Notes: generated from the letters alone by a model not told the origin. A stretch of DNA of 61,090 bases, filler included, from Sphacelaria rigidula (GCA_964200075.2; 6 parts of 6 records of this genome joined end to end with filler, not necessarily neighbours in it); one strand, 5' to 3'; counted from the first letter of the whole stretch, positions 38,121 through 50,703 are shown. A program made the numbers and translations.

Positions 38121-39735
38121 TGTAATGCGTGAGAGGACCGCGTGCTTAGAGGACCGCGACGTAGTTCAAAACACCTCAGCATCGATGTTTTCAAAAGCAA
38201 TCGGGCCAGTCCCTGCAGGTACACGCCCCTAACCATAACATCAACACCATGGGAATGTTCAAATTCCGATGCGGTCCTGTACGCACGTGGTCCTCTCACG
38301 CGTTACAGCATAAAATATCGCTCACCCCCGCAACACGCGCACACCCGAACTCCATGCAAGCAAGTGGTGTAATGCGGGAGACGTCCCATGCTTGAGAGGC
38401 CGCGACGTAGTTCACAACACCTCAGGATCGGTATGTTTCGAAACCATCACACCAGTCCCTGCAGGGATCACACTCCTGGCCCCAACCTCAGACTACCCCT
38501 GACCTTAACGCCAACCATGAGGATGTTTAAATTCCGGTCCTTCAAGCACGCGGTCCTCTTGCACATCACAGTGGGACCCAAATGGATACCCACGACCAAC
38601 AGACTGGACATTCCCAAGTTCGAGATTGCCTTTGTTTCCTGCACGGCGGGATCACGTCAAGAGCCGTGACTAGGACGTCGATACATGGATTGTTCAGCAC
38701 AGCAGAAGGGTATAAAGCGGTGCTACCCATATTCAACCGAAGGGTGTTCCGAAAACTTGGATGGACCACAGTACTAGAGCTTGACTCTCAGCATCAGCTG
38801 AACTGCTTTCGACTTGATCCACGGAACCTTGGGTGCCAGGCCAAGGCCAGACATTCTCTTGCACAGTTTGTGAGTAGAGGTACATACTATAATGCGTGAG
38901 AGGACCGCGTGCTGGGAGGACCGCATCGGAATTTGAACATCCCTATGGTAAGGGTTACGGTTACGGTTAGTGTTGAGGTTATGGTCACGGGGTTAGGGTT
39001 GTAGTCAGGGGCGTGGTATCCAGGGACTGATCCGATTTGTTTCGAAAAAAAGTCAATCCTAAGATGTTTTGAAATACGCCGCGGTCCTTCAAGCACGCGG
39101 ACCTCTCAAGAATTACACGGCTTTCACACTCAACGTGTTGTATACTGTCCCGCACGCCAACTTTCCGCCCTGCTGGTCGCGACATTCCAGAAGAGAATCG
39201 AGCGAGAGCACGTTAGGAAGGGATGAACTGTTTCGAGGTCGGTACCAACACTCACGGGTCTGCTGTACCCCAAAACAGCACACGGAGAGGGGGGGATAAG
39301 ACGGGTAACCGCGGTTGGTCCAAGCGTCCAGAAGTATTATACATAACAACCGAGATGAATGAAACAGGAACATGCTTTGCCCACTAGTCCAGACGAGGAA
39401 ACTCAAGCACCGGATTTGTGATACGTGAGAGGACCGGGTACTTGAGGGACCGCGGCGTAGTCCAAAACACCCCAGGATCGACATCTTTTTACAACAATCA
39501 GGCCAGTCCCTGCAGGTACCACGCACCTGACCCTAACCCCAACACTGACCCCAACCCCAACCCCAACCCCAACCATACGGATAATCCCATTCAGATGCGG
39601 TCCTTAACCCTTAGACGTCGAAGTTAGTCTTCTGTTGAGTCGGCATCAATTTCAAGTGAAAAAAAGTAGGCATGATCCAGAAAGACTAATCTCGCGGTCT
39701 AAGGGTTAAAGCACGCGGTCCTCTCACGCGTTACA
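38121..39735. mobile_element. four further TGT...ACA MITE copies (38121-38307, 38368-38570, 38888-39117, 39417-39735)
   Basis: shared TIRs; TSD gtgg at the 38368 copy and ggatt at the 39417 copy; both orientations. Confidence 0.85.
39608..39705. mobile_element. 98-bp piggyBac-type MITE
   Basis: TTAA|CCCTTAGAC...GTCTAAGGG|TTAA inserted in the TIR of the 39417 MITE. Confidence 0.85.
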
Positions 39736-39751
39736 GGATTGATCCACTTAC

Positions 39752-39837
39752 CGTTCCGTCGGCGAGTCCTCAACGAAGCTGTCGAAGGCGGAACACACAC
39801 GTTCGTTGAGAGTGATCTTGGTTAGGGAGTACGAGAT
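39752..39837 (-). CDS. candidate exon
   Basis: ctcctgctag|ISYSLTKITLNERVCSAFDSFVEDSPTER|gtaagt; strong donor; only this frame is open. Confidence 0.5.
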
Positions 39838-40165
39838 CTAGCAGGAGCAACATATGCCGGCGGGGACGTACGTCAGGAATCCATACGAATTAGTTTGCTC
39901 ATTTTGCCCCGGCACCTGGACGAAAATCTTCACCACATCGATCGACCGCTCTCAGTCGCTGCAGTTCACGCGAATTCGTCGTCGTATGTACATCTCGGTT
40001 GACCGTTCGACCGCGAGAGTAGGTCACCTCCTGAATCGGCATCAATTTCACTTTGAAAAAGTATCTGCGATCAAGATGGATTACCCGCAGCACCGTCCAA
40101 GAGTTAACCCCGGAAGATCTTCTCCCTGAACCTTCGACAGTGCGCGCATGTGTGCGCGCATGTAC

Positions 40166-40274
40166 CTTTTGGTCTTTGAATAGTCGGATACGGCGGAGAT
40201 GAAGGAGACCATGACCGGGTTGTCTTCTTGGTCAAGTGGATTGTGCATGCACCCAGGGACAGTGGCAAATACAC
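40166..40274 (-). CDS. candidate exon
   Basis: gcag|GVFATVPGCMHNPLDQEDNPVMVSFISAVSDYSKTKR|gtacat. Confidence 0.4.
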
Positions 40275-40625
40275 CTGCGCGTAGCCAACGCCGCATGAAG
40301 ACCCCGACCGAGTCCACACGACTTGCACTTTCAATCGGGCTCAGCAGCAGCAATGTACTGTACAGGATAGTACGATGAAGTACAGCAATATGTTGCCGTC
40401 CTCTCTCTGACTACATGTCGCGTGACCGACTGTCTCTTGTCTGCGTGACCTTCCAATGCCAGCAGGAAAAAGAAAAGCCTAATAAGTGTTCTTTCAAATA
40501 TCAGAGCTCGAAATCCTATGGTGCACACTAAATAAATCCGAATGTGCGGCCCCAGTTGTGCACATATAATCCGTCCGCCATATCATCAACCTCATTGGGG
40601 CTTCCCAATAGTCATGGTTGACGTA

Positions 40626-40694
40626 TGTGTGTGTGTTGTCGTCCCATTTATTCTGGGCACCAGTCTACAACTTTCGGTGTATGTGGGTGCATCA
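40626..40694 (-). mobile_element. SINE 3' end cut by the linker
   Basis: tgtgtgttgtcgtcccatttattctgg...tttcggtgtatgtgggtgcatca. Confidence 0.75.
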
Positions 40695-40794
40695 NNNNNN
40701 NNNNNNNNNNNNNNNNNNNNNNNNNNNNNNNNNNNNNNTTAATTAATTAANNNNNNNNNNNNNNNNNNNNNNNNNNNNNNNNNNNNNNNNNNNN
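40695..40794. other. artificial linker
   Basis: N44-TTAATTAATTAA-N44. Confidence 0.97.
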
Positions 40795-40799
40795 GGCGC

Positions 40800-41142
40800 T
40801 GTATGGCCATTTTTTTCGAGACACTTTTAGCTGGTTTTGGGGGGGGCTATCGTAGAAAGTGTCTGTACAACTGTGCTTTGGGCCATTACGCAACTTTGGA
40901 TGTACGGGTTTTCCCTATTTGTGTTACCGTTTCACGGGGTCCGATGGGGTCGAGGTTTCCCCTTAAACCTGGGACCCCCGAAAAACGGTAAAGGAGTCAA
41001 GAAGTGGTAGAAAAAACGACCTTCTAAAGTTGCGTAATGACCCATAGAAAACTCGTGCGAAACTTCAGGATCTAACTCCTTAAAACGGCGTGAGGGTTTG
41101 CCGATGAGCGTATTTTGGGTGATCAACGTGAACCAGCCTGTA
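40800..41142. repeat. DNA-transposon-like repeat end; related copies at ~42920-43050 and ~43825-43856
   Basis: ggacccc..aa.aacggt, caggatctaa.tcct and ttttgggtgatc..cgtgaaccagcctg|ta recur; CTG|TA end is Tc1/mariner-like. Confidence 0.55.
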
Positions 41143-41344
41143 GTTCGCCCAGATGTTGCGACTTTTTTTCATGATATCACTTATTAACGTTACATTCATC
41201 ATGTGGAAATGGACGAGACCCTCCGTTACATTATGAGTGAAGATGCACCAGACCCTGCGTAATATATGAAAATGTATCCAACCGTGGACAAAATATTTTA
41301 ACAGTCAGTACGAACACGTTGTTGAAAGTGTACTGCGTAAAGTC

Positions 41345-41420
41345 AGTGTGTTGTGTGTTGCCGTCTCATTTATACTGGACGCAGGTCTCCACCTTTCGGT
41401 ACAGGTGGGCGCACCAGCTG
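41345..41420 (-). mobile_element. short SINE 3' fragment
   Basis: gtgtgttgccgtctcatttatactggacgcaggtctccacctttcggtacaggtgggcgcaccagc. Confidence 0.7.
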
Positions 41421-44068
41421 CGGCTGTGTTACCGTACATCTTTGCCCAAGATACAGGCAGCAATTACAGCGGCGCAGGCGGCCTTTGACTCCTGCGTGCG
41501 CCACCTGGGACAAACGCACGCTGCAGCTACAACACGGACAGCTTTACAAAATGTAGCGTAGCGATATAGCGTGTAGCGAGGGGTGATATCCTGCGTACAT
41601 GTTGGCCGCGATCCAGGCGGCTGCATTCATGATGTGGCGAACTGCACAGGACAACACGAAATCAATGCAGGACAGCGATAGACTAAGGATGTGACGTCCT
41701 GCGGTGTGCTTTGTCACCCTGCACCCTGTCGCTGTGCAGTGAGCACGTAGTATCGCCGCAGGCGTCACGCTGCGGTTGGTACGCAGAGTTGGCTCCACAC
41801 CCATAATGTAACCTCTGCATTGAATTTGACAAACGCACTGAATTGAGTTAAAAGGCGCGAAGCGCTCTATTTTCGAGCAGCACGCGCGCTAGCGCGTGCG
41901 CCATTTTCTGTGTTGCCGACATCGTGCCAGCGTGCTTATACACTGCAGCGTTGTACTCCCCTGTGGCAGCCCGTCACGGTATTGCTCCTCATGTTTTATC
42001 ACGCTCGATTCGAAAACACGCAGAAGAGATGCTAGCAACTCCATCGTTGTTGCACTTGGAGGTGTGGTGAACCAGTTTTTTTCGATCTAGTACGGTCGTA
42101 TGCTCCGTGCTGTACCATATAGTATGCCGTACCAGTTCCAAAACAGATATGCATTATATAAACGGCACCGACATGCTCTGGTTATCATAAACTGTGTACG
42201 AGGCGCGGGAAGCGTAGTTTTTGTCAAGGAATGCAAGGACGCAACCATACTAGAGTACAGGCAGTTTTACTACCAGCATGAAACACGTGATTCGAACGAG
42301 ATACAAGACAAATCATTTACATGATAATGCCTGGGCATTTTGGTGCTGAACCGAGTCCGCCAGTCCCTCCACTACCTACCGTACCGCAAGGAGATAGATA
42401 CTAAGTATGGATACAAAATAAGTCACGGGCAGACCTTCATTTTAGAGTAGAAGGGCCCAGCCGAGACCACTCCGGTTTCATCGCCGAAATCCGAGACGGC
42501 AACGTCGCAAACACTGAAATAAATTCACATTGGAAGCACCCTGCACACAGGGCAATCTGTGGAACAGGGGGTTTGATATTATGCGGGAGCAGGTATTGTT
42601 GAAAATTGGTCGTGGGAACCTGCATAACAGTTCCAGTAATTTCGAACTGAGTGCTTGTGCACGCTCCGGTCGCGATACGACGATATTTGACTGTTGAAAA
42701 TGAAAGCACCATCTGCTCTTTCTAAGCTATTTGGGCCTTCTTTGACGTGAACAGGGAAATTCAAGCATCAGTTGATCGAGTTTTGCGACGAAAATTTGTG
42801 GAGCTCATCCTTGGGTTATGCGGAGGCAAATACTCCGCGAAAGGATGAAAAAAATTCGTAGTGCCGTTTTTCTAGGGTCCCAGAATGCAGGATACTTCGG
42901 AAAACGACTTCGATCTCGTCGGACCCCCAAAGAACGGTGAAAAACTCAAGAAGTACAAAACACATTGTCCGTAGAAAGTTTCGTAATGATACGTAGCATA
43001 TTTATGCAAAGCCTCAGGATCTAATTCCTAATGACAGCGTGAAAGTTTGCGCGTTTGTGGAGGACGTGGGCTTGAAACGTGCCAAATCCTAACTACTTGG
43101 TTCTAGTAGGGAAACCTCTTTTGGGGTGAATTTGACGTCAAGGCAAGAAACACTGTATGAGGTTTTCGAGTTTCTCCACCAAACTTTGTACGTGTATTCC
43201 TTGGACTCTCCCGAGACACATCATTTCATTTTTTTTCTTTTAGGGCATTCTGTACCGCCTTCCGGGGGTCGTCATGCTGGGATCCCCGGAAGCCGGTAGA
43301 GAACGGAGAAAACATGATATATTGTCAAGAATGCAACTTTTCCATTTTGAGCATCAATACCTACGGAACTGCCGAGCTTGAGGGCGATCTGAGCTTTTTC
43401 TACAACATATATAGGGGATATCGTCACGAGATTTCCTGGGCCTTTCGTGCGTATCATTAGTGGGAATTAGACGACGCCAACACCCGACATCACCGAAACA
43501 TCACGGTTTCGGGTATAATTCGACCCCCGGAGTATCCGTCTTGAAAAATATGATTTTCTCGTTAGATTCCTGTGTCGATGACGGTTACTACAATTTGAAG
43601 CATGTAGATATTGGGGGGAAATTGGGCTTGGTATTCGTAATTCAGATATCGGAACAATTTGAAGGGCGCTAATTGGCTGAGACACATCTTCGTCCATAGC
43701 GCCACCGCTATGGCCTTGAACAAAAATCCGACTATGTCACCCTTTTCATCTCTTCATTGCGGTCAGTATGATACCATATATGCAATATTGGGTACGTATT
43801 GCGGAAGGCATTTACTGATGTCACAATTTTGGGTGATCGCCGTGAACCAGCCTGTATACCTCACAGTAATTTGCAGTCAAATACACAGGGAATGTAGAGT
43901 TTGAGATATCTCTGGAACGGGGGTTCACGCATTCCCGTTCGCTCTCTTCAAATATTTGACGCCACGCACGACGTTCGGCGAATGAATGTTCATTTGCCCT
44001 TAAGATCTCAGCGCCTGCGGGAGAGGGTAAAACGATGTTCTGCCCGCGACTCACTGCCAGCGGATCGT

Positions 44069-44227
44069 GTTGCCCAGTGAGAATTCTCAGTACCGATCCC
44101 CCAAGTGACACCGCGCTGATGAGCGCGACACGTGCTGGACTCAATGACAGCGAAAGTATTGCCCAGTGAGAATTCTCGGTAACAATAGCCCACGTGAAAC
44201 TGCGCCGATGAGCGCGGCACGTGCTGT
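44069..44227. repeat. ~90-bp tandem duplication
   Basis: ttgcccagtgagaattctc...gatgagcgcg.cacgtgctg occurs twice. Confidence 0.8.
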
Positions 44228-46761
44228 AGGCGTGTTCGCAGCGGTAGTCATGGTGCGAAACCACACACGCAGGCTGCGTACCCTCAACACGTGCAAAACT
44301 GTGAGATTATGTATGCTGTAGACGGTACGTGAGCTGCGGCAAAAAACACTATAGACTGTTGCTGCTGTGCACAATTATGCGGCGTCATGTTATAATAGCA
44401 GTACTTCAGATTCGACACCACTACTGTACTGTCCGCAGCCGCCTGTGTAATGACTCACGACTATGTGCCTCATATGCACCCCCGGTCCCTTCCGCCGCAG
44501 AGGAGGCATTTTGGTTTGTGACAAAGGAATGATTTTGAACCCAAAAAATTGATAGTCTCACTCAGTCTTCCAGCGGGGGAACTGCTGCCTAAGGGTCAAC
44601 ACCTCGAGGGTCTGGTGCGTGGGCCGTAAGCGGCCTTTGTCGTCGTATAAGCGGAGATGAACTTTATATATACAGACTGTGACAGCGCAATGCTAGACCC
44701 CAACGAAAGGTCGCATATCTTGAAAACGCTGTGCAGCATTCCATCATATACTACCATGAGTCACAACTCGTACATTTTTCAACAGCAGAAGGATGACCAC
44801 ACCACGCGTGCGCATTTTCGTGCGTTTTGCACTCCTTGAAGCTCTGGAAGTTTAGAATGGCATCTGCCGCAGGCACAGCAGCATCGCCCAAGGCATACTT
44901 CGCCGGGCAAGGTTGGTTGAGTGGCCTGCGCAGGCGTACAATCGGAAGTCTGATTCGAAACGATGGCGCAAACAGCGTAATAGGCCTCTGCTTTGTGCGC
45001 GAAGATGAGATAAAGCGGTTCCTTCTTCAAGCCTTTTCGTACATTACAATCCTCAGAGGTTGATGCATATCACGTACATGCATGCTGTCTGCGAGAATCA
45101 CTAAAAATATGAGATAGTGTGCATGCCACCAAGAAAACGAAGGAAAGCGTCAACAGAGTTAATGGCAGACTAGCAGAGAGTTCTGTTCGTAGGATGGCCT
45201 GCGGTGTTCAGTAAGATACACCAAGTCAGGCTAAGGTACAACAGTCTCGTGATATACCTGTTTGAGTTCCGGCTACTATGCAGGATGACTTTATATTGTG
45301 ATGTTAGTGACTGGACATACGTGAGTGGTGCTTGTCACATCCTGAGACTTTGGCGCCTACGGGGGTCACTCCCCTTCCTTCCCTCTTCATCAACAAAGCT
45401 TTATATACATTTCTCTCATCTTGATCGGCAGTCAGCCGTGTCCATTGGTCAACTATCGCAGTCGTGTCCATTGATCGACTATCTGAGTCGAGTCTGTGTA
45501 CCCCATCCTCTCACGGGGTCACGAAGCTACAAACATGTTCCACCCACGTACAAGTAGTGACCTCACGCTTGCCCCCAGCCCGACGACACCCGACTCCCGA
45601 AGATCTCAATGACCACAGCAAACAATCTCGCGCAGTTCGTGGCGTTGTGATTTCTGTGAGCTGATCATTGGTATGTGAATGGAGCATTTTTTATATGCAT
45701 GAACCGATAGAATACGTGAAACATATTGGGAAAACATAGTTTTGTCATATACCTGCCGTGGAGCGATGAAGGCAAAATGTTCACTTTACATACCAAAGGT
45801 CATACCCGCTCGGGGATGCCTATACCTCTGGCATTAGCCAGATCATCACCCGAATGCAGTTCTGCTGGATCTGCTATAACTGTGCTTCCTGTCGTGTAGT
45901 CGAATAAATGCCTTCTTACGTGATACCCTTGAACAAGCGTTAGGGGGTGTATTTTGCTCTGGATGCTGCGACCCGATTGGGAGAGGGTCGAGCGGATCGT
46001 GGAACCGATGCCAATATTTGCCAGCATCTCGGAAAACAAGTTTCTCCAGGACCTTGTGAATACGGAATTCCAGTCATTCATAGATTTGATCCAAGGAAAG
46101 GTGCACACTATTGTGACGATTTCACTCCTACAACATGTCTTATGTGAGGATTATCGCCTAACCGTGGATCACGGTTTTCATTGCTCGCCTACAGGTTTCC
46201 CGTTTTACTGTAAATGCCGTGCGTCGTTCCAGGTGCAGAATGCCGGCCGACACGGCTACCACGATCACCCCCAGTGCCAGTGGACCATGAGAACGAGATT
46301 CGAGGTGTGTAATGGTGACAGACGATGGTAACATATTTTGAGGTGCCTCCGTTCGACGGCAGGGTTATCTCTGTTCGCCGCGTCCTGCCCTGTGGCTCTT
46401 CGGCAGCTTTGCAATATGTACATGTATGTGTATATGCATATAGTTTTTCGCCCGTGTGTTGAGATCCCTTTTGCGCTTGTAATCGCACGACAGGCTCAGG
46501 GTACGAACACAAGGAACTTCGAAACCTGGCTTGGTATCTGGTGATGACAGGTCGAGCATGCCTCCCGCGCTCTACTGTTGCTGCCGTTCATCCCACTTGT
46601 AGTTGTTGCATAGTCAACCATGGCGGCATCGTGTTGGTAGTGCTTGCTTCTCTCCTTCTGTCTACTAGGCAGGTATTTTATCAGGCCGTGCCCATTTTGT
46701 CGTCAGAAGATGACATCCCTGGATGCGTTGCCACCTATCGAGGGCAGGTGTTTTGACAATA

Positions 46762-47199
46762 AACACGGGATCTTACAAATTGGGGATGGATATTTTATTG
46801 GGGATGAGAAACCCGGATAATTAAAATTTTCGTATGCACACCAAATCTTCGAAATATGGTTCCATTTCACTTATTGACAGCTATTGACAACTGCTACACG
46901 CCATAGAAATTTGGATTTCGATCATCGAAATGTTGGGGTCCTAGGTAAAAAACCTTTTTGGGGGAATTTCGGGTGTCCGAACGGACCCCAAAATGGTTCC
47001 GAGTTGGTTTTTTACCTAGGACCCCAACATTTCGGTGATGTAAATCCAAATTTCTATGACGTGTGGCAGTTGTCACTATCAATAGATGAAGAAATGGAAT
47101 CATATTTCGAAGATTTGGTGTGGATACGAAGATTTTAGTTCTCCGGGTTTCTCATCCCCAATAAAATATATCCAGCCCGAATTTGTAAGATCACGTGTT
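46762..47199. mobile_element. ~440-bp near-fully palindromic foldback MITE
   Basis: acacgggatcttacaaatt...aatttgtaagatcacgtgt; arms pair over ~200 bp. Confidence 0.9.
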
Positions 47200-47219
47200 A
47201 ATGGGATATTTCCGGAATG

Positions 47220-48060
47220 GTGCAGTACGATATTGATTTCGGCGTGGTGATGCGAGGGGCTTAATTGTCTGGCGGCGACGGTCGTGGTGTCTGGCAAAGA
47301 TTATGACGACCATCGTTGAAGTTTGTGCGGTGATTGGTCTCGTCGTGGCGGAAAGTAAGACGACAACAACAATGCACATGCGCTCCCGAAGCATGAATGC
47401 GGATATGGTCGACGTGGGGTCGACAGGCCAAAGGTACAAGCAAGTTGAGTACGTCGGCGGTGAAAACAATAACATCGGTGGTGTCATGCCTGAGAGGTCC
47501 ACAGCCGCATTGGCCATGCCTGGACATGCTTCTACAGTCACAGCAGAGCGGCATACTGCAATCCGTTCATCGCCCTGGCCACCAAGGTTCGTCTCGTCAA
47601 AGCAGAGGTGATCGAGGTCACGCTACACGGCTGTGTGATCTAGAAGATTGTACCCAACAAGTTCGTCACGTTGCGGGATGTCCCCCATGGGTTCCTCCTG
47701 AGGTGCCTCGAATGCACATTCAAGCCGCAGCGCTGCCGACTACCAGATGCTACCAAATCACAAGGTCCCCGAAATAACTGTCTTCGAGCATATTGAGGTT
47801 ACCATGATGCAGCGAATCCTCCTACACGCCGGCTATATCGTGCGCATGCACAACGAACGCCTCCCAACATCGTCACGCGTGGAGTAATGCCCGGAGGAGA
47901 AAAGGAGGTAGACCGACCAGCGATACGGCTGCAAGACACAGGCTAACGAAACACTGCTTCGAGTTCGGGAAAAACGAGACATCGTGGACGCAGATTGCCC
48001 ACATGTTTCCGAATGGTACCGTATTGTAGAGGAGGGGGCTTAGGTGTGCATGAAAGCTTG
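47220..48060 (+). pseudogene. RTE-clade LINE reverse transcriptase, decayed C-terminal part
   Basis: LAKIMTTIVEVCAVIGLVVAESKT, TKVRLVKAEVIEVTLHGCV, QRILLHAGYIVRMHNERLP and GGRP motifs in order; frameshifts and stops. Confidence 0.75.
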
Positions 48061-48100
48061 AACCAAAACGCGCCGTGCTAAACAATCCAAGGTTATGCTC

Positions 48101-48665
48101 TGTAGGGTGCGGCTTTCTGTATACCCAGGGTATTTTCCGGGTGTTTACCGTATCCGACAGTTTGTGATTCCTGTAAGACTTTCATACCGGTATCCGACAG
48201 TTCTGTAGTCTCTGTAAGACTTTCATACCCTTACCCGATAGTTCTGTAATCTCTGTAAGACTCCCGTACCGTTGCCGGGGGGCACGGGTATGGTCTTGAT
48301 TAGATACCTGGTTACGGGTAGGATTTTCTGAACAACCTTCATCTGTGAGTTCTGTAAGCCTCCCATACCCTTACCCGACAGTTCTGTGAGTTCTGTACGG
48401 GACGTTGACCCGTACCCGGAGGGTGGGTGCCGCACCCGGAGCGCGGGTATGCTCTTGAAGAAATACCCGATTGCCGGTACCGGTTTTCTGTAAGCCTCCT
48501 GTACCGTACCCGACAAAGTTTGTAATTTCTGTACGACGTCCACCCACTACTGGTACCCGACAGTTCTGTGAGGTCTGTAAGCCCCCATACCCTTACCCGG
48601 GATTCGGGTATGCTGTCATAGATATACTCGATTGCGGTTATGTACCTAGGGGAGGTACGGATACA
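48101..48665. repeat. interspersed element built of ~30-bp internal repeats
   Basis: repeated (t)acccgacagttctgtga/aa...ctgtaag units; second copy at 49314. Confidence 0.8.
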
Positions 48666-49313
48666 GGTTCAATCCAAACACAACCTCATGACCTGAATAT
48701 GTACCTCCCATCGATCAACTCACCTATCTCCTCCGTTCACAACTGCACACCAACAATAAATCAATGTCGAAAACTGCTTTAGTTTGGGATCTGATGAGAT
48801 ACGAGGTACCGCTTGCTTGGTGAAAACATGAAATATAGAACATGAACAGCACTGTAGACCGTCAGGATGGATCACCCCGAGACTCGAGTGGTGGCTCGAG
48901 CGGGGGCGGTTCATCTGCGCCACCAGGGGATCCAGTAGCAGGACGCACGTCATCGACGTTGATGCTGGTTGTGTCGTGGCCATCAAACCCCAGGCCGTTA
49001 TCAACATGTATAGCATAGACTATGAGATGCCACCGAAAGTCGTCAAGGCCGTCGGCGATTTTGTCGCGTGCCGAATGGCTTCCACAGAACGGTCAGCCGT
49101 GAGTGCTTCTTCCTGTTCTTCCTGGGAGTAAACGAGGGACCGATAGATGTTGACGATCCCTTGCACATGTACTACTGCGATTGTTCGTATAGTCTTTCTC
49201 TATCAACCCCGTCAAGCCGTTCAGAGTTTTCGTGAGCTATCATCTGTAATTCGCCACTGTTGTAGTGACGTAGGTCCCACCACAGGGGTGAAGATTATAC
49301 CAAGGTCGTGTTT

Positions 49314-49760
49314 TGTAGGGTACGGTTTTCTTTATACCCGGGGTATTTTGGCGGGTATTCACCGTACTCGACAGTTGTGTAAACTCTGTAAGATTTTCAT
49401 ACCGGTACCTGACAGTTCTGTAAACTCTGTAAGATTTCCATACCGGTACCCGACAGTTCTGTAATCTATCTCTGTAAGATCTTCATACCCGTACCCGATA
49501 GTTCTGTGAGACCTGAAAACCTCCCGTGCCGTTACCAGGGGGCACGGGTATGCTTTTGATAAGTTACCTGGTTCCGGGTAGGGTTTTCTGTGCAACATCC
49601 ATACCCCGCCCGACAGTTTTTGTGACTTCTGTGAGCCCCCCATACCCTTACCCGACAGTTCTGTGAGTTCTGTATAAAACCTTTACCCTACCCCCCTACC
49701 CCGAGGGGCAAGTATGCCCTAAAAGAGTTATCCGATTACCGGTACCGGTCTTATGTAGGC
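49314..49760. repeat. second copy of the 48101 element
   Basis: same start tgtagggt.cgg.tttct.tataccc.gggtatttt and same unit order. Confidence 0.8.
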
Positions 49761-50229
49761 CTAGTGATTATCGTGCAATTGGTTGGCAACCTCCAATGAG
49801 TTGCTTCATATTCTAGTATCACCGCTTATGAGGAAGCCACGGCTTATACACTGCCTCGTGGGTGTCTCACCATTCGAGCACCACGAGCTGGGCCAGCACT
49901 AAAGCCCGCATTTGCATGTCGCACCATAACTCATCATGTCTACCGGGTCAGCTCGGCTTGAGTATATTGGGGTGACCTGCAGACCAACGTGGTAAAGCAT
50001 GGCACCGCCGCTGAATTGAAAAAAAAAAAGGAAAGATAATGTACTGCAAAACGTGTGACAATGAACAACATTTTCGTTAGATTGAGAGTAGGGGATACGG
50101 TTGAGAGTGAAAAGCGGTCAAATAGTGAATGAATCGTTTCAGTTCCGAAATGCCCCTCCACGAGGCCTGATATGCTTTTTCAATTTCACAAAGTAGGTTG
50201 GTTCCTGCTGCGGGTGAAAATTCGACTAA

Positions 50230-50703
50230 GGCCGCTCCTTACAACAGACAAAAATAATAATCTGGAAAAGTGACTTTTTGGAGCTTTTGCGTCATTTTAC
50301 GCCTCAAAAGAGCGCTAGGCGGAGTTTGACACGTTGGAATGACTTGCTCTACTAGTTGAGGCGGTTCCAGGACATTTTCACGTTTTCCGGTGGCCGCACT
50401 CTTCATTTTGACAATGTTTTTCGTCCAAGAACGGTAAAAAACAGTCAAGTCCAGAGAAAAGAGGCGATTTTTTCTAGATTTGACTGTTTTTGACCGTTCT
50501 TGGACAAAAATTCTTGTTCGGCCAAAATGAAGAGGGCGGGCACCGGAGAACGAAAAGATGTCCTGGAACCACCTCAGCTAGTAGAGCAAGTCATTCCAAG
50601 GTGCCAAAATCCGCCTAGCTCTCTTTTGGGGCGTAAAACGACGTAAAAGCTCCAAAAAGGCACTTTTCCAGATGAATATTTTTGTCTGTAATAAGGGGCG
50701 GCC
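50230..50703. mobile_element. ~470-bp foldback MITE, PIF/Harbinger-like
   Basis: ggccgctcctta.aacagac...gtctgtaataaggggcggcc; ~230-bp arms; flanks taa/gaa. Confidence 0.85.

Noticed and set aside
44100-44265. Hammerhead ribozyme (CTGATGA...CGAAA)
   Set aside because: Stems I-III could not be formed convincingly and the second copy has CCGATGA; same problem at ~48791
45800-46331. Protein-coding gene
   Set aside because: Overlapping short ORFs on both strands; no recognisable family or splice chain
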